NCBI GenBank assembly: GCA_963848295.1
Contig: CAWKDB010000010.1
Location: 1,632,001 to 1,696,000, forward strand
Source: an uncultured delta proteobacterium
Lineage (GTDB): Bacteria; Myxococcota_A; Polyangia; Haliangiales; Haliangiaceae
DNA: 64,000 nucleotides
Direction of reading: 5' to 3'
Every line of letters begins with the position of its first letter. Within the stretch, counting starts at the first letter, position 1. The notes beneath the pieces are model-generated. The model did not search any database and was not told the origin of the DNA. It saw nothing but the letters and a program-made list of their open reading frames with translations. Made by a program: the position numbers and the translations under genes. Positions 20,641-30,206 of this stretch are shown here, piece after piece.

Positions 20641-20662
20641 TGGGCGAAGCTAACACGTCAGC

Positions 20663-21751
20663 TCAGCGCCTCCAGCGCAGCACGTCGACGGTCGCCGGGG
20701 CCTGACTCGACAGCGGCTCGATCATCAAGTGTGGATGGCCCATGTGGATCACGAGGTCCCAGCCGTCGAGCTGCCCGTCGGGACCGCCGTGAAGCGGTCC
20801 GTCGGGGTCGCTGCGGTCCTCCCACAGCGCCGCGACGTGGTCGAAGTCGCGCGGCGTGTGATGCGCGAGCTCGCCGCCGTAATCGATCCGGATCAAGTCG
20901 CCGCGTTGCACGCCGGTGATCGGATGCGCCGGGATGCCGTCGTCGTCGAGCGCGGTCGGGCCGGCGACCCGGGTCGTGTATGCCGGCAACCCCGCGACGT
21001 TCGTGTACGCCAGGCCGCGACCCGTGCGGCGTAGCGCACCGACCATGACATCCGCGCAGTCGGCGCCGGTGAAGCGATCGGTTTGATGATCGCGTCCGTT
21101 GCCGGCCGAGCCGAAGACCTCCGGAACTTGAAGATACGCGGTCAGCCAGCCGAGGAAGTCATCGCCCATGCGAATCGAAACGCGGTGCACCGAGGGCGAG
21201 ATGCCCGCGGTGTTGATGGCCTCGGCGCCGGGGCTGACGAGGTGCGTGCCGTCGTCGAGCTCGACGTCGACCTTGTAGCGGATCGTGCCGAGCCCGGGCA
21301 GCACCATGTCGGTGGTATCGACCGTCGCTGGAATGATCGGCTGATCGATGGTCAACGCGCGCTCGAAGTAGTCGATGTGGTCGTAGCCGAGCCACTTGCC
21401 GAACGTCTTCGGCTCGGTCGAGACGTTGCTGTAGAAGTCGCTCGTCGCGCCGTTCGCCGCGGGGTGCGCGCGAAAGCCGTGCGGCTCGACGGTCGACCAA
21501 TGCTGCTTCGCGCCGACCAGTGGAGAGAGCCTCACCGGCTTGCCGTCGATGTGCACGTCGGTGACGCCTTCGGGTGCGAAGCCGCGATGGTTGCGAATCA
21601 CGACGACCGAAAGCTGAGCCTTCTGATCCGAGCGGGCGAGCGTCGGCGCGTCGGTCCACGGCCCATCGCCGACACGGCCGATCACGACGGCTCGATCCGC
21701 AAACGCGGTCGTCGCGACAAACAGCAGCAAGAGCGAGAGCACGCGCCGCAT
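20663..21751 (-). CDS. Secreted protein with putative C-terminal NlpC/P60-like Cys-His domain
   Basis: Signal peptide; GADCAD...RGDLI...DHVA...VIH. Confidence 0.6.
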   Translation of the reverse strand: MRRVLSLLLLFVATTAFADRAVVIGRVGDGPWTDAPTLARSDQKAQLSVVVIRNHRGFAPEGVTDVHIDGKPVRLSPLVGAKQHWSTVEPHGFRAHPAANGATSDFYSNVSTEPKTFGKWLGYDHIDYFERALTIDQPIIPATVDTTDMVLPGLGTIRYKVDVELDDGTHLVSPGAEAINTAGISPSVHRVSIRMGDDFLGWLTAYLQVPEVFGSAGNGRDHQTDRFTGADCADVMVGALRRTGRGLAYTNVAGLPAYTTRVAGPTALDDDGIPAHPITGVQRGDLIRIDYGGELAHHTPRDFDHVAALWEDRSDPDGPLHGGPDGQLDGWDLVIHMGHPHLMIEPLSSQAPATVDVLRWRR

Positions 21752-21770
21752 TCAGGGCCAACGCGCGACC

Positions 21771-21802
21771 TCCCCGGGCTATTCGCACGCAACACCCGGG
21801 GA
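21771..21802. other. Intergenic stem-loop
   Basis: TCCCCGGG-N16-CCCGGGGA. Confidence 0.4.
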
Positions 21803-21838
21803 CGGTGGAACCTTTGTCAACGTTGTCCGGTCCCCCGG

Positions 21839-22858
21839 TCAGAAGCTCGGCAGCTCGGTCGGCTCGGGCGCAGCGGCGCGGCCCTGGGTGCTGACGCGAT
21901 AGGCCTGGTTGCGCGCTCGCATGATGTTGCCGAGCGGGCGCAGATCCTCGCGCGCGTGCCACGGATCGAACGACAGCGTCTCGATGTACTCGCCGATCTT
22001 GCGACCGCGCGGCGACGTCACGTCTTGCACCGGCAGGGTCAGCTTGCCGATCGTCACGAACGGCGCGTCCGCGACCCTCCACTCGACCGACGCGTCCTCG
22101 ATCGGTGTGCGCGTCGCATCTTGATAGAACTGGATGCGCAGATCGTAGATGACCGAGCTTTCGCGCAGCCGCGCCGCGAGCGCGTCGCCCAGCGCGTTCG
22201 GCTCCTTGCCAGTAGCGACCGAGACCGGATCGTGCGGCACGAACGCGAAGTGCACCGCATACGGACCGTACTTGCTCGGCAACGCGCTGTAGTACGCGGT
22301 CGCCGCGAGTGGCGCGGTCGGCGGCTTGAGCCCCGCGAGCACGCTCTTGAGCAAACCGATACCGCGGCCGAGGCCGAGTGCACCGATCACCTTGAACGGC
22401 GCGAGCGCGGCGGGTTGCGCGGCCCGGACGAGCTTGACGAACTCGTCCGCATTGCGCATCGGCACCGACGGCGTGCGGATCGCGAGAAAGTCTTGCGTCG
22501 TCGCATCCTCGAGCCCCGGAATCAGCTTCTTGCCGGCGACGCCGAGCACCTTGACCGCGATGCCGCGCACGTCGGGCTTCGTGTCTGATTGGCGCCGAGG
22601 AGCTCCGTTCGAGTAGCGCACGAGCGCGCGATAGGTCTTCGGCTCCGCGAACATCCCGAGCTTCGCGTCGGTCGGGACATCGCCGACCACCTCGAATTCC
22701 GCCTCGACCCCGAGGTTCGCTTTCGCGTGCAGCGCGCGATCCACGACGCCACCATGCGCGCGACTCTGCTGCATCTCACCGAGCATCGTGGCGTAGCGCT
22801 CGAACCGCGCGGCCTCGTCGTCGGGGATCTGTTCTTTCCAATCGGTCGCCGGTGGCAT
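21839..22858 (-). CDS. Catalase-related heme peroxidase (small catalase-like)
   Basis: RALHAK distal His; VRYSNG; DVRGIAVK; FDPWH; RNQAY proximal Tyr. Confidence 0.88.
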   Translation of the reverse strand: MPPATDWKEQIPDDEAARFERYATMLGEMQQSRAHGGVVDRALHAKANLGVEAEFEVVGDVPTDAKLGMFAEPKTYRALVRYSNGAPRRQSDTKPDVRGIAVKVLGVAGKKLIPGLEDATTQDFLAIRTPSVPMRNADEFVKLVRAAQPAALAPFKVIGALGLGRGIGLLKSVLAGLKPPTAPLAATAYYSALPSKYGPYAVHFAFVPHDPVSVATGKEPNALGDALAARLRESSVIYDLRIQFYQDATRTPIEDASVEWRVADAPFVTIGKLTLPVQDVTSPRGRKIGEYIETLSFDPWHAREDLRPLGNIMRARNQAYRVSTQGRAAAPEPTELPSF

Positions 22859-22877
22859 GGCGCGAGCGTCGCACGAT

Positions 22878-23825
22878 CTACGGTGCGACCACCGTCGCCA
22901 ACGCTCGGTATTGCTCCGCGTAGTCGCCGGTCGTCGCAGCGGCCCATCGCCGATATCTCGTTGCTGCGGTCATGCGCAGCTTCGCCGGGACGGCGTTCAG
23001 CAGCGCGACTCGCCCGGACACGTCGGGCTTGCCGTTCCAGTCCTGCACGAGGAACTGATGGAGCAGGCTGACGTAGTTCGACATCGGCTTCGCGCTACCG
23101 GCGAGCGACGCGGCGAGGAGGCTCCGCACGACGAGCGCGTTCGGGGCATCGCCGCCCCGCGCGAGCTCGAACACGTGCTGGTCGTACAGCGCCCACGTAT
23201 CTCGCTTCCCGGCGTCGACCGCGGCCGTGGCGATCACGTCGGCGATCGCCGCGGCGACCTCGGCGCGGGTCAACGCGGTCTTCGACTCGAGCGCGGCCCG
23301 CGCGAAGGCCTCGCCGATCGGATGCGGCGAGTGCAGCGCGTCGGTCACGAGCTCTGCCATCGATCGCGTCGTGTCGACGCAGCGCGCGAGGTCCTGGACT
23401 TCATCAGCCGCGGCGTCGGCGACTTGCACCACTGCGAGCGGTGTCCACGTGTGGTCGTCGCGCGCCAGCAAGAACACGAGCAGGTCGCCGCGGTGAAACG
23501 CGAGCTCTTGCCACTGATCGTGGAACGCGCGCGCCTTGTCGATCGGCCGCTGGTAGTGCAGCTGCTTCGTGAACGGCAGCTCGAGCGCATCGCCGGCCTT
23601 GAGCGGCCCGCGCAGCGCGCGATCGACCTCGAGCCGCAGCCGGGATGGCACCTCGCCTTTGGCGTTGGCGTGCCCCGAAACGACGCCTTCGACCCGGGCC
23701 AGCACTACCGGCGTCGCCGGATCGAGCAGCATCGGGCCGAAGTCGACGTCCCACAGCAGCTGGACCGGCTCGGCCGACGCCGGCGCGCTCGCGATCACGA
23801 ACGCCGCGATGACGAGCCTCCGCAC
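22878..23825 (-). CDS. Hypothetical secreted protein
   Basis: Signal peptide; TAGACT-N7-GTG. Confidence 0.7.
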   Translation of the reverse strand: MRRLVIAAFVIASAPASAEPVQLLWDVDFGPMLLDPATPVVLARVEGVVSGHANAKGEVPSRLRLEVDRALRGPLKAGDALELPFTKQLHYQRPIDKARAFHDQWQELAFHRGDLLVFLLARDDHTWTPLAVVQVADAAADEVQDLARCVDTTRSMAELVTDALHSPHPIGEAFARAALESKTALTRAEVAAAIADVIATAAVDAGKRDTWALYDQHVFELARGGDAPNALVVRSLLAASLAGSAKPMSNYVSLLHQFLVQDWNGKPDVSGRVALLNAVPAKLRMTAATRYRRWAAATTGDYAEQYRALATVVAP

Positions 23826-23840
23826 CCATCCGAGTCTAGC

Positions 23841-24257
23841 TCACGCGACGTACGGCCACAGGATGTACAGCGCGCCCATCGCGATCGCGAACAGGCCGCA
23901 CGTGCCTTGATACGGCGCGAGCTTCGCGCGGATCTCGGTGCCGCGAGCTTCGGCAGCCGGGTTCTTGGACAGCGCGTACTTCGTGATCAGGCCAAAGCCG
24001 AGCAGGAAGCCAACCAGCAGGTCGGCGACGCCGGACGCCAGCCAGAACGTCCAGAACAGCGGCATCGCCTTCAAGAGGCCGAGGTGCGTGACGCAATCGA
24101 TCACCGCCCACACGCCCCAGAAGAACATGACGATGCCGATCCAGCCCTGATACGGCGTGAGCTTGTTGATCAGCTCCTTCGCGTTCGGCTTGCGCGCGAT
24201 GATGAGAGCCGAGGCCGCGAGAATTCCGCCAGCGATCGTGATGAGACCTGCGAACAT
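23841..24257 (-). CDS. Small 4-TM membrane protein
   Basis: Hydrophobic; internal repeat KLTPYQG/KLAPYQG; AAGGAG RBS. Confidence 0.85.
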   Translation of the reverse strand: MFAGLITIAGGILAASALIIARKPNAKELINKLTPYQGWIGIVMFFWGVWAVIDCVTHLGLLKAMPLFWTFWLASGVADLLVGFLLGFGLITKYALSKNPAAEARGTEIRAKLAPYQGTCGLFAIAMGALYILWPYVA

Positions 24258-24293
24258 GGAGTTGCTCCTTGAGAGGTTGAGGCCCGACCCAAG

Positions 24294-24309
24294 AGCAACT
24301 GCCGGTCCA
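24294..24309 (-). promoter_or_regulatory. sigma54 promoter
   Basis: TGGACCGGCAGTTGCT on minus strand. Confidence 0.7.
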
Positions 24310-24353
24310 CGCGTAACCCCTTGTGTTTTCTCGGATCTGCGAGATGCTCACTA

Positions 24354-24367
24354 CGCAAGAACTTGCG
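24354..24367. promoter_or_regulatory. Palindromic candidate enhancer
   Basis: CGCAAG-AA-CTTGCG; near-copy at 26123-26136. Confidence 0.65.
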
Positions 24368-24382
24368 CGTTCGAGCAAGCCG

Positions 24383-26110
24383 ATGACCTCTCGCGACACC
24401 ACGCTCAAGAATCACGGCGATGTCGTGATGCACGCGCGGACCACGCTCGTCGTCTATCACCGCGACGGCGCGACGGTCGCGCACATGGACAAGGGCCGGC
24501 CGCTCGTCATCGGCCGCTCGGCGCCATCCGATGTCGAGATCAACGATCTCGGGCTATCGCGCCAGCACGCGCGCTTCACGTGGGACGACCACGGCATCTG
24601 GGTCGAGGATCTGCAGAGCACGAACGGCACGAAGAAGAACGGCGAGCGGATCACGCGCGCGAAGATCATGCCCGGCGACGAGGTCGCGGTCGGCCCGTTG
24701 CTCGTGTCGGTCCACATCGTGTCGTCGGTCGACGAGGACTTGCGCGGGTTCGACGGTCACGATCGGTTCGTCGCGGCGCTCGGGGACGAGATCACGCGCG
24801 CGCGCACGTTCGGCCGGCCGCTCGCGCTCATGCTCGTGCGCAGTACGAGCGCGACGAACGGTCATGTCAATCGCTGGGCGAATCGCCTGCGCGTCGCGTT
24901 GCGGCCGGTCGATCGCGTCGGCTTGTTCGGTCCGTCCGCGGTGCTGGTGTCGCTGCCCGAGGCGACCGCCGACGAGCTGCGGGCGTTGATGGCCAAGCTC
25001 GCGGCCGGCGATCCTCCGCTGCAATGCGGCGCCGTGACGTTTCCCACCGACGGTGGCTCGCCCGACGAGCTGATCGCGGCGCTGCAGGTCGCGAAGCGCT
25101 CGGATCGCGCCGCGCCGCGAGATCCGCTCGAAGCCTCGGCGGTGATCGTCAAGAACACCGCGATGAAGCAGGTGATGGCGACGGTCAAGCGGCTCGCCCA
25201 GTCGACGATCGCGGTGCTGATCCACGGCGAGACCGGCGCGGGCAAAGAGGTGATCGCGCGCGCGATCCACGACGGCAGCCCGCGCAAGAAGAAGCCGTTG
25301 CGCACGATCAACTGCGCGGCGATTCCCGGGATGTTGATCGAGAGCGTGTTGTTCGGCCACGAGCAAGGCGCGTTCACCGGCGCGGAGAAGTCGGCGCGCG
25401 GCATCTTCGAGCAAGCCGACGGCGGTACCGTGTTGCTCGACGAGATCGGCGAGCTCGCTCCGTCGGCGCAGGCGGCGCTGCTCCGCGTGCTCGAGACCAA
25501 GAGGGTGACGCGGGTCGGCGGCGACAAGGAGATCGCGGTCGACGTGCGCGTGATCGCGGCGACCCATCGCGATCTCGAGGCGATGGTCGCGGCCGGGCGG
25601 TTCCGCGAGGACTTGCTGTATCGCCTCAACACGATGACGCTGCGGATCCCGCCGCTGCGCGAGCGCATCGACGAGATCCGCGCCCTCGCCGAGCGATTCT
25701 TGAAGGACGCGAACGACCAAGCGGGCACGTCGGTCCGCGCGATCGATCCGCGCGCGATGACCGCGCTCGAGTCGTACAGCTGGCCCGGCAACGTCCGCGA
25801 GCTGCGCAACGCGATCGAGCGCGCAGTCGTGCTCGCCGAGGGCAACGCGATCACGCCCGCCGACCTCACCGATCGCATCACCGGCGGGGCGATGCGAGCG
25901 CAGACCGTCGATCCGGAAGCCGCCGAGCCCGCCGACATGCCGGCCGATCACAAGGAGCACCTGCGGCGCTACGAGGCGCAGCTGATCGTCAAGGCGCTGC
26001 ACAAGCACGACGGCAACCAGACCGAGGCCGCGAAGACGCTCGGGCTACCGCTGCGTACGCTCGTCCACAAGATCCAGACCTACGGCATCAAGAAGAAGTT
26101 CGATCATTGA
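24383..26110 (+). CDS. sigma54 enhancer-binding protein: FHA + degenerate GGDEF-like + AAA+ + HTH
   Basis: LSRQHA and STNGT FHA motifs; EITRARTFGRPLALMLV...[36 protein letters not shown]; start 24344 also possible. Confidence 0.92.
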   Translation: MTSRDTTLKNHGDVVMHARTTLVVYHRDGATVAHMDKGRPLVIGRSAPSDVEINDLGLSRQHARFTWDDHGIWVEDLQSTNGTKKNGERITRAKIMPGDEVAVGPLLVSVHIVSSVDEDLRGFDGHDRFVAALGDEITRARTFGRPLALMLVRSTSATNGHVNRWANRLRVALRPVDRVGLFGPSAVLVSLPEATADELRALMAKLAAGDPPLQCGAVTFPTDGGSPDELIAALQVAKRSDRAAPRDPLEASAVIVKNTAMKQVMATVKRLAQSTIAVLIHGETGAGKEVIARAIHDGSPRKKKPLRTINCAAIPGMLIESVLFGHEQGAFTGAEKSARGIFEQADGGTVLLDEIGELAPSAQAALLRVLETKRVTRVGGDKEIAVDVRVIAATHRDLEAMVAAGRFREDLLYRLNTMTLRIPPLRERIDEIRALAERFLKDANDQAGTSVRAIDPRAMTALESYSWPGNVRELRNAIERAVVLAEGNAITPADLTDRITGGAMRAQTVDPEAAEPADMPADHKEHLRRYEAQLIVKALHKHDGNQTEAAKTLGLPLRTLVHKIQTYGIKKKFDH

Positions 26111-26122
26111 GCTGCGCGATCA

Positions 26123-26136
26123 CGCAGGTTCTTGCG
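26123..26136. promoter_or_regulatory. Palindromic candidate enhancer
   Basis: CGCAGG-TT-CTTGCG. Confidence 0.65.
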
Positions 26137-26179
26137 TACGCGATGTGAGCCCGGTCGAGCGATGTCGGTCGGTTACCGG

Positions 26180-26195
26180 CGGCAACCGCCTTGCA
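26180..26195 (+). promoter_or_regulatory. sigma54 promoter
   Basis: CGGCAACCGCCTTGCA; ATG at 26209. Confidence 0.7.
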
Positions 26196-26208
26196 CTCAC
26201 GGTGTGCG

Positions 26209-27678
26209 ATGCGAAACCTGCTCGCGCTCGTCGCCGTCAGTTGTGGGTCCAGTCCGGCGCGTCCGGCCGAGCCGATCGCGCCAAGGCGCATTGTCGTGAT
26301 CGCGCCGACGGCACCGAAGGTCACGCCATTACCTGCGGTCGCCGCGGTGCCGAGCGCGAATCCGCCGTACATGGCGGGCGTGCGATCGGTGGTGCTGGTC
26401 AAGAACACCGCGTTGCGCAAGCAGCCGCGGCTCGACGCCGCGCTCGTCGGCATCATCCGCAAGGGCACTCACGCCGGTGTGCAGCAGGCGATCCTGGCGG
26501 GCGCCGATTGCCCGACGACCGACGGCGCCGAGGGCCGATGGATCGAGCTCGCGCCGCGCGGCTGGACCTGCGAGACCGCGGTCGAGCCGAGCCGCGACGC
26601 GCCGACCGTCGCGCCCGTCGCTTCACTCGATGACGACGGCTCGGATCCGGATCCGATCAAAGGCGTCTACGGCATGGTCCGCGGCGACACCGAAGCGTTC
26701 GCGAGTCGCGACGATGCCGCTGCCGACACGAATGGCCGGACGCTCGCCGGTTCGAACACGGTGCGCGCGGCCGGGGTGGTCGCGGTCGACGACCGCCGGT
26801 TCTGGCGCACGACCCAAGGCGAGCTGATCGACGAGAGCTCGATCATCCAGATCTCGCCGTCGCGGTTCAAGGGCGTCGCGATCGCGGACCCGACCGAGAT
26901 GCCCGCGTGGGTCCGCGCGCATCGCGATCCGTACAAGCCGGCGAGCACGCGCAACGCGCCGTCGCCGCGCGCGAAGGTCATCGGCTCGCTCGCGCCGCGC
27001 ACGGTCGTGACGATCCTCGAGACCTCGGATGACGGCCGGTTCGTCCGTGTCGATCTCACCGCACCGCCATTCGGCGGCGCTGCCGGCCGGGGACAAGCCC
27101 CGTCCGTCGGGGACGGCGCGTGGCTCGAGCGCGCCGACCTGCGGATCGCGACGGTCGCAGAGCCGCCGCCCGGGACGCGCGCCGACGAGAAATGGTTCGA
27201 CATCGATCGCGACGCGCAGATCCTCGTCGCCTACGAGGGCACGCGTCCGGTCTATGCGACGCTCGTGTCGACCGGCAAGTATCAACACGAGACGCCGACC
27301 AGCATCGCGCGGATCGCGTCGAAGCACGAGACCGCGGTGATGACGAGCGATGCGAGCAAGGGCTCGGTGTACTCGGTCGCGGACGTACCGTGGACGATGT
27401 ACTACGACCGCGACTTCGCGCTGCACACGTCGTACTGGCACGACGGCTTCGGCAGCCCGCGCAGCCACGGTTGCGTCAACCTCGCGCCGCGCGACGCTCG
27501 CCTGCTCTATCGCTGGTCGTCGCCAGACGTGCCGGCCGGATGGACCACGGTCTACGGCGACGCCGACAACCCGGGCTCGCTCGTCCGCGTGCGTTCGGCC
27601 GCGGCGCCCGACCCCGCGTTCCGCGGCTACGCGCGCGCGATGCACGAGCGCGACCAGCAAGTCGCGACCGCGCCGTGA
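26209..27678 (+). CDS. L,D-transpeptidase (YkuD) lipoprotein with SH3-like domains
   Basis: VAVSC lipobox; VSTGK...TP; ALHTSYWHDGFGSPRSHGCVNL. Confidence 0.93.
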   Translation: MRNLLALVAVSCGSSPARPAEPIAPRRIVVIAPTAPKVTPLPAVAAVPSANPPYMAGVRSVVLVKNTALRKQPRLDAALVGIIRKGTHAGVQQAILAGADCPTTDGAEGRWIELAPRGWTCETAVEPSRDAPTVAPVASLDDDGSDPDPIKGVYGMVRGDTEAFASRDDAAADTNGRTLAGSNTVRAAGVVAVDDRRFWRTTQGELIDESSIIQISPSRFKGVAIADPTEMPAWVRAHRDPYKPASTRNAPSPRAKVIGSLAPRTVVTILETSDDGRFVRVDLTAPPFGGAAGRGQAPSVGDGAWLERADLRIATVAEPPPGTRADEKWFDIDRDAQILVAYEGTRPVYATLVSTGKYQHETPTSIARIASKHETAVMTSDASKGSVYSVADVPWTMYYDRDFALHTSYWHDGFGSPRSHGCVNLAPRDARLLYRWSSPDVPAGWTTVYGDADNPGSLVRVRSAAAPDPAFRGYARAMHERDQQVATAP

Positions 27679-27779
27679 CTACGCCGTGCGCGCGACGGCG
27701 GTGGCCGACGTCCCGCGTCACGCCGGCTAGTCGACTTGCCAGCGCCGTGGCATCTGGTCGAAACCACAAGCCGAGGCGC

Positions 27780-27795
27780 AGGCACAGCGCGTGCT
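27780..27795 (+). promoter_or_regulatory. sigma54 promoter
   Basis: AGGCACAGCGCGTGCT; ATG at 27808. Confidence 0.65.
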
Positions 27796-27807
27796 GTTGG
27801 ACCCACC

Positions 27808-29085
27808 ATGCGCAACCTGTTCGCCGCCGCCCTGGTCCTCTCGGCGTCTCACACCGCTCGCGCCGATGTGACGCGTTGCGCTGGAGGCGACGCACCAGTC
27901 GCTTACAACGTCAACGACATCGCGGAGCAGAGCGGCGACACCGGTTGGTTCCCGAGCGACACGACGGCGCAGCTCCGGTTGACCGGTCAGATCGTCGGCA
28001 CCACGAACGTGGCGATGGACCTCGCGCCGAGCGCGTGCTGGGACAACGGCATGGCGATCGGCGTGCCCGGGGCAAAGGGCAGCGGCACGCTCGATGTCGA
28101 GTACGGCGCGGATCTCCAGCTGTTCGGTCAGATCCACACCTCGATCCTCGGCGAGGCGATCGATTGGGAAGGCCAGATTCCGATCCCGTTCATTCCGACC
28201 GACCTGTTGCTCGCGGGCACGGCGTCGTTCGATCCCGTGATGCTGCCGGACTCGCCCGAGAAGTCCGTCAGCGTGTCGGACACGACCGACCCGATCACCG
28301 TGATCTCCACGAATCTGATCGGTGACCTGATCGATATCACCGGCATCTCGGGTGGTCTCTACGTCACGGTCCAAGGCCAGATGACGTCGACGTACACCAC
28401 GAACGCGGTCACGATCGGCGACGATGGCCAGATCACCTCGGCGACCGGGACCGCCGCGGTCACGACACCGAGCGGCGGCTACGGTCCGATGCTCGCGGTC
28501 GCCGCGAGCGCGACCGGCAACGTCCACTACGCGCCGTCGCTGATCTTCGCGGCGAACTTCGACGTCAAGATCCTCGGCATCAAGGTCGTCAACTACCAGA
28601 TCGCGAGCATCCAGATGCCGCTGTCGGCGATCGATCGCCCGATCTCGCTGACCGGCGCGGGCGCGCAGATCGGCTTGCCCCACATCGACACGCTGCCGCA
28701 GATGCTCGGCTTCGCGAGCGGCTCGGCGCAGCAGCTGACGTTTCATAATAGCGGCGCGGCGCCGCTGATGATCGAGATGGCGTCGGCACCGTCGGGCGTC
28801 ACCGCGGCGGCCATCACGATTGCTCCGGGCGCGAATGGCGCGGTCGAGGTCAACGCGGCCGACCCGGCCTCGGTGGGCAGCTCGGCGCTCGTGCTCGACA
28901 CCAACGACCCGAACAACCCGACCGTCACCGTCGAGCTCGACGCCTCGTCGACCGGCCAGACGAACCAGCCGGGCACCGACGGCGACGAGCCGGCCGGCTG
29001 CAACGCGGTTGGCAGTGCGCCCGGTGGCGGCCTGCTGCTCGTCGGCTTCGTAGTGTTCGCGGTCAACCGCCGCCGCCGCTCGTAA
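27808..29085 (+). CDS. Secreted MYXO-CTERM surface protein with Ig-like domain
   Basis: Signal peptide; TNDPNNP; C-terminal GCNAV...LLLVGFVVFAVNRRRRS. Confidence 0.85.
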   Translation: MRNLFAAALVLSASHTARADVTRCAGGDAPVAYNVNDIAEQSGDTGWFPSDTTAQLRLTGQIVGTTNVAMDLAPSACWDNGMAIGVPGAKGSGTLDVEYGADLQLFGQIHTSILGEAIDWEGQIPIPFIPTDLLLAGTASFDPVMLPDSPEKSVSVSDTTDPITVISTNLIGDLIDITGISGGLYVTVQGQMTSTYTTNAVTIGDDGQITSATGTAAVTTPSGGYGPMLAVAASATGNVHYAPSLIFAANFDVKILGIKVVNYQIASIQMPLSAIDRPISLTGAGAQIGLPHIDTLPQMLGFASGSAQQLTFHNSGAAPLMIEMASAPSGVTAAAITIAPGANGAVEVNAADPASVGSSALVLDTNDPNNPTVTVELDASSTGQTNQPGTDGDEPAGCNAVGSAPGGGLLLVGFVVFAVNRRRRS

Positions 29086-29105
29086 GCTCGCGCTAGACTC
29101 GCCCG

Positions 29106-30146
29106 ATGCGCGTCGCGGTCACCGGTGGCACGGGATTCATCGGCAAGCGCGTCGTTCGAATCTTGCGCGCCCGTGGCCACGACGTCGTGTGCGTCGTCCG
29201 GAGCCCGGACAAAGCCGGCGCCTTGACCGACCTCGGCGCCTCGCTCGCCCGCGGCGACATCCTCGACGGCAAGAGCCTCGCCGCCGCGTTCGCGAATTGC
29301 GAGGGCGTGCTGCACATCGCCGCGAGCTACGAGCTCGGTGTCGTTGGCAAGAAGGCAAAGCAAGCGCTCGCGAAGAACCTCGACGGCACGCGGACCACGC
29401 TCGAGGCGGCGCGCGACAGTGGCGCGGCGAAGATCGTCTACACCAGCTCGATCGTGGTCTACGGCAATACGCGCGGCGAGATCGTGCCCGAAGGTTGGCG
29501 GCCGGAGCGGATCGCGTGTCCGAACCCGCACCCGACGTTCTACGCGATGAGCAAAGCGCGCGCGCACTACGACGTCGCGTTGCCCATGATCGAGGCCGGC
29601 GCGCCGATCGTGGTCGTGCAACCGGGTGCGGTGCTCGGGCCCCGCGACCACAGCACGTTCCGGATGTTGTGGCGGTTGATGGCCCGCGGTTGGCCCGCTC
29701 CGCTCGGCCGCGCGCGCTATGGCGTCGTCGACGTCGAGGACTGCGCGCTCGGCCACGTGCTCGCCCTCGAGAAGGGACGCGCAGGCGAGTGCTATCACCT
29801 CGTCGACCAGAACATCTCGATCCCCGAGCTGTTCGTGCGCGCCGCGCGGGCGAGCGGACTGCGCGCGCGACGGATCGTGCTTCCGTCGTGGATGCTGCGC
29901 TTCAGCGCCGCGATCAACTCGGTCGTCGAGCGCGTGATCCCGCTCCCCGAGTTCCTCAGCAGCGACGCGCTGCGCGGGATCGCCGGTTCGCTCACGCAGA
30001 TCGTCGAGACCCAGAAAGCGCGCGAGCATCTCGGTTGGACGCCGCGCCCGCTCGACGACACGCTGCGCGACATCATGGCCGACGAGCTCGTGCTGCGCGG
30101 CAAGAAGCTGCCGCCGCTGCTCGAGGGTGTGAAGCCTCGCGTCTAG
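29106..30146 (+). CDS. NAD-dependent epimerase/dehydratase (extended SDR)
   Basis: VTGGTGFIG; YTSS; YAMSK. Confidence 0.92.
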   Translation: MRVAVTGGTGFIGKRVVRILRARGHDVVCVVRSPDKAGALTDLGASLARGDILDGKSLAAAFANCEGVLHIAASYELGVVGKKAKQALAKNLDGTRTTLEAARDSGAAKIVYTSSIVVYGNTRGEIVPEGWRPERIACPNPHPTFYAMSKARAHYDVALPMIEAGAPIVVVQPGAVLGPRDHSTFRMLWRLMARGWPAPLGRARYGVVDVEDCALGHVLALEKGRAGECYHLVDQNISIPELFVRAARASGLRARRIVLPSWMLRFSAAINSVVERVIPLPEFLSSDALRGIAGSLTQIVETQKAREHLGWTPRPLDDTLRDIMADELVLRGKKLPPLLEGVKPRV

Positions 30147-30206
30147 CGCGTCGCTTCGAGCTCGCTCGAATACCAGCCACTCGCCGGACGTTGCTAGGAT
30201 CGCCGG

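Noticed and set aside
21756..21771. GG-N10-GC upstream of the 21751 gene
   Set aside because: Poor -12 element and only about 6 nt from the ATG, too close for a sigma54 start.
2414..21838. GGGGACCGGACA shared by intergenic regions near 2416 (+) and 21824-21835 (-)
   Set aside because: Short GC-rich match with no consistent position relative to starts; plausibly chance.
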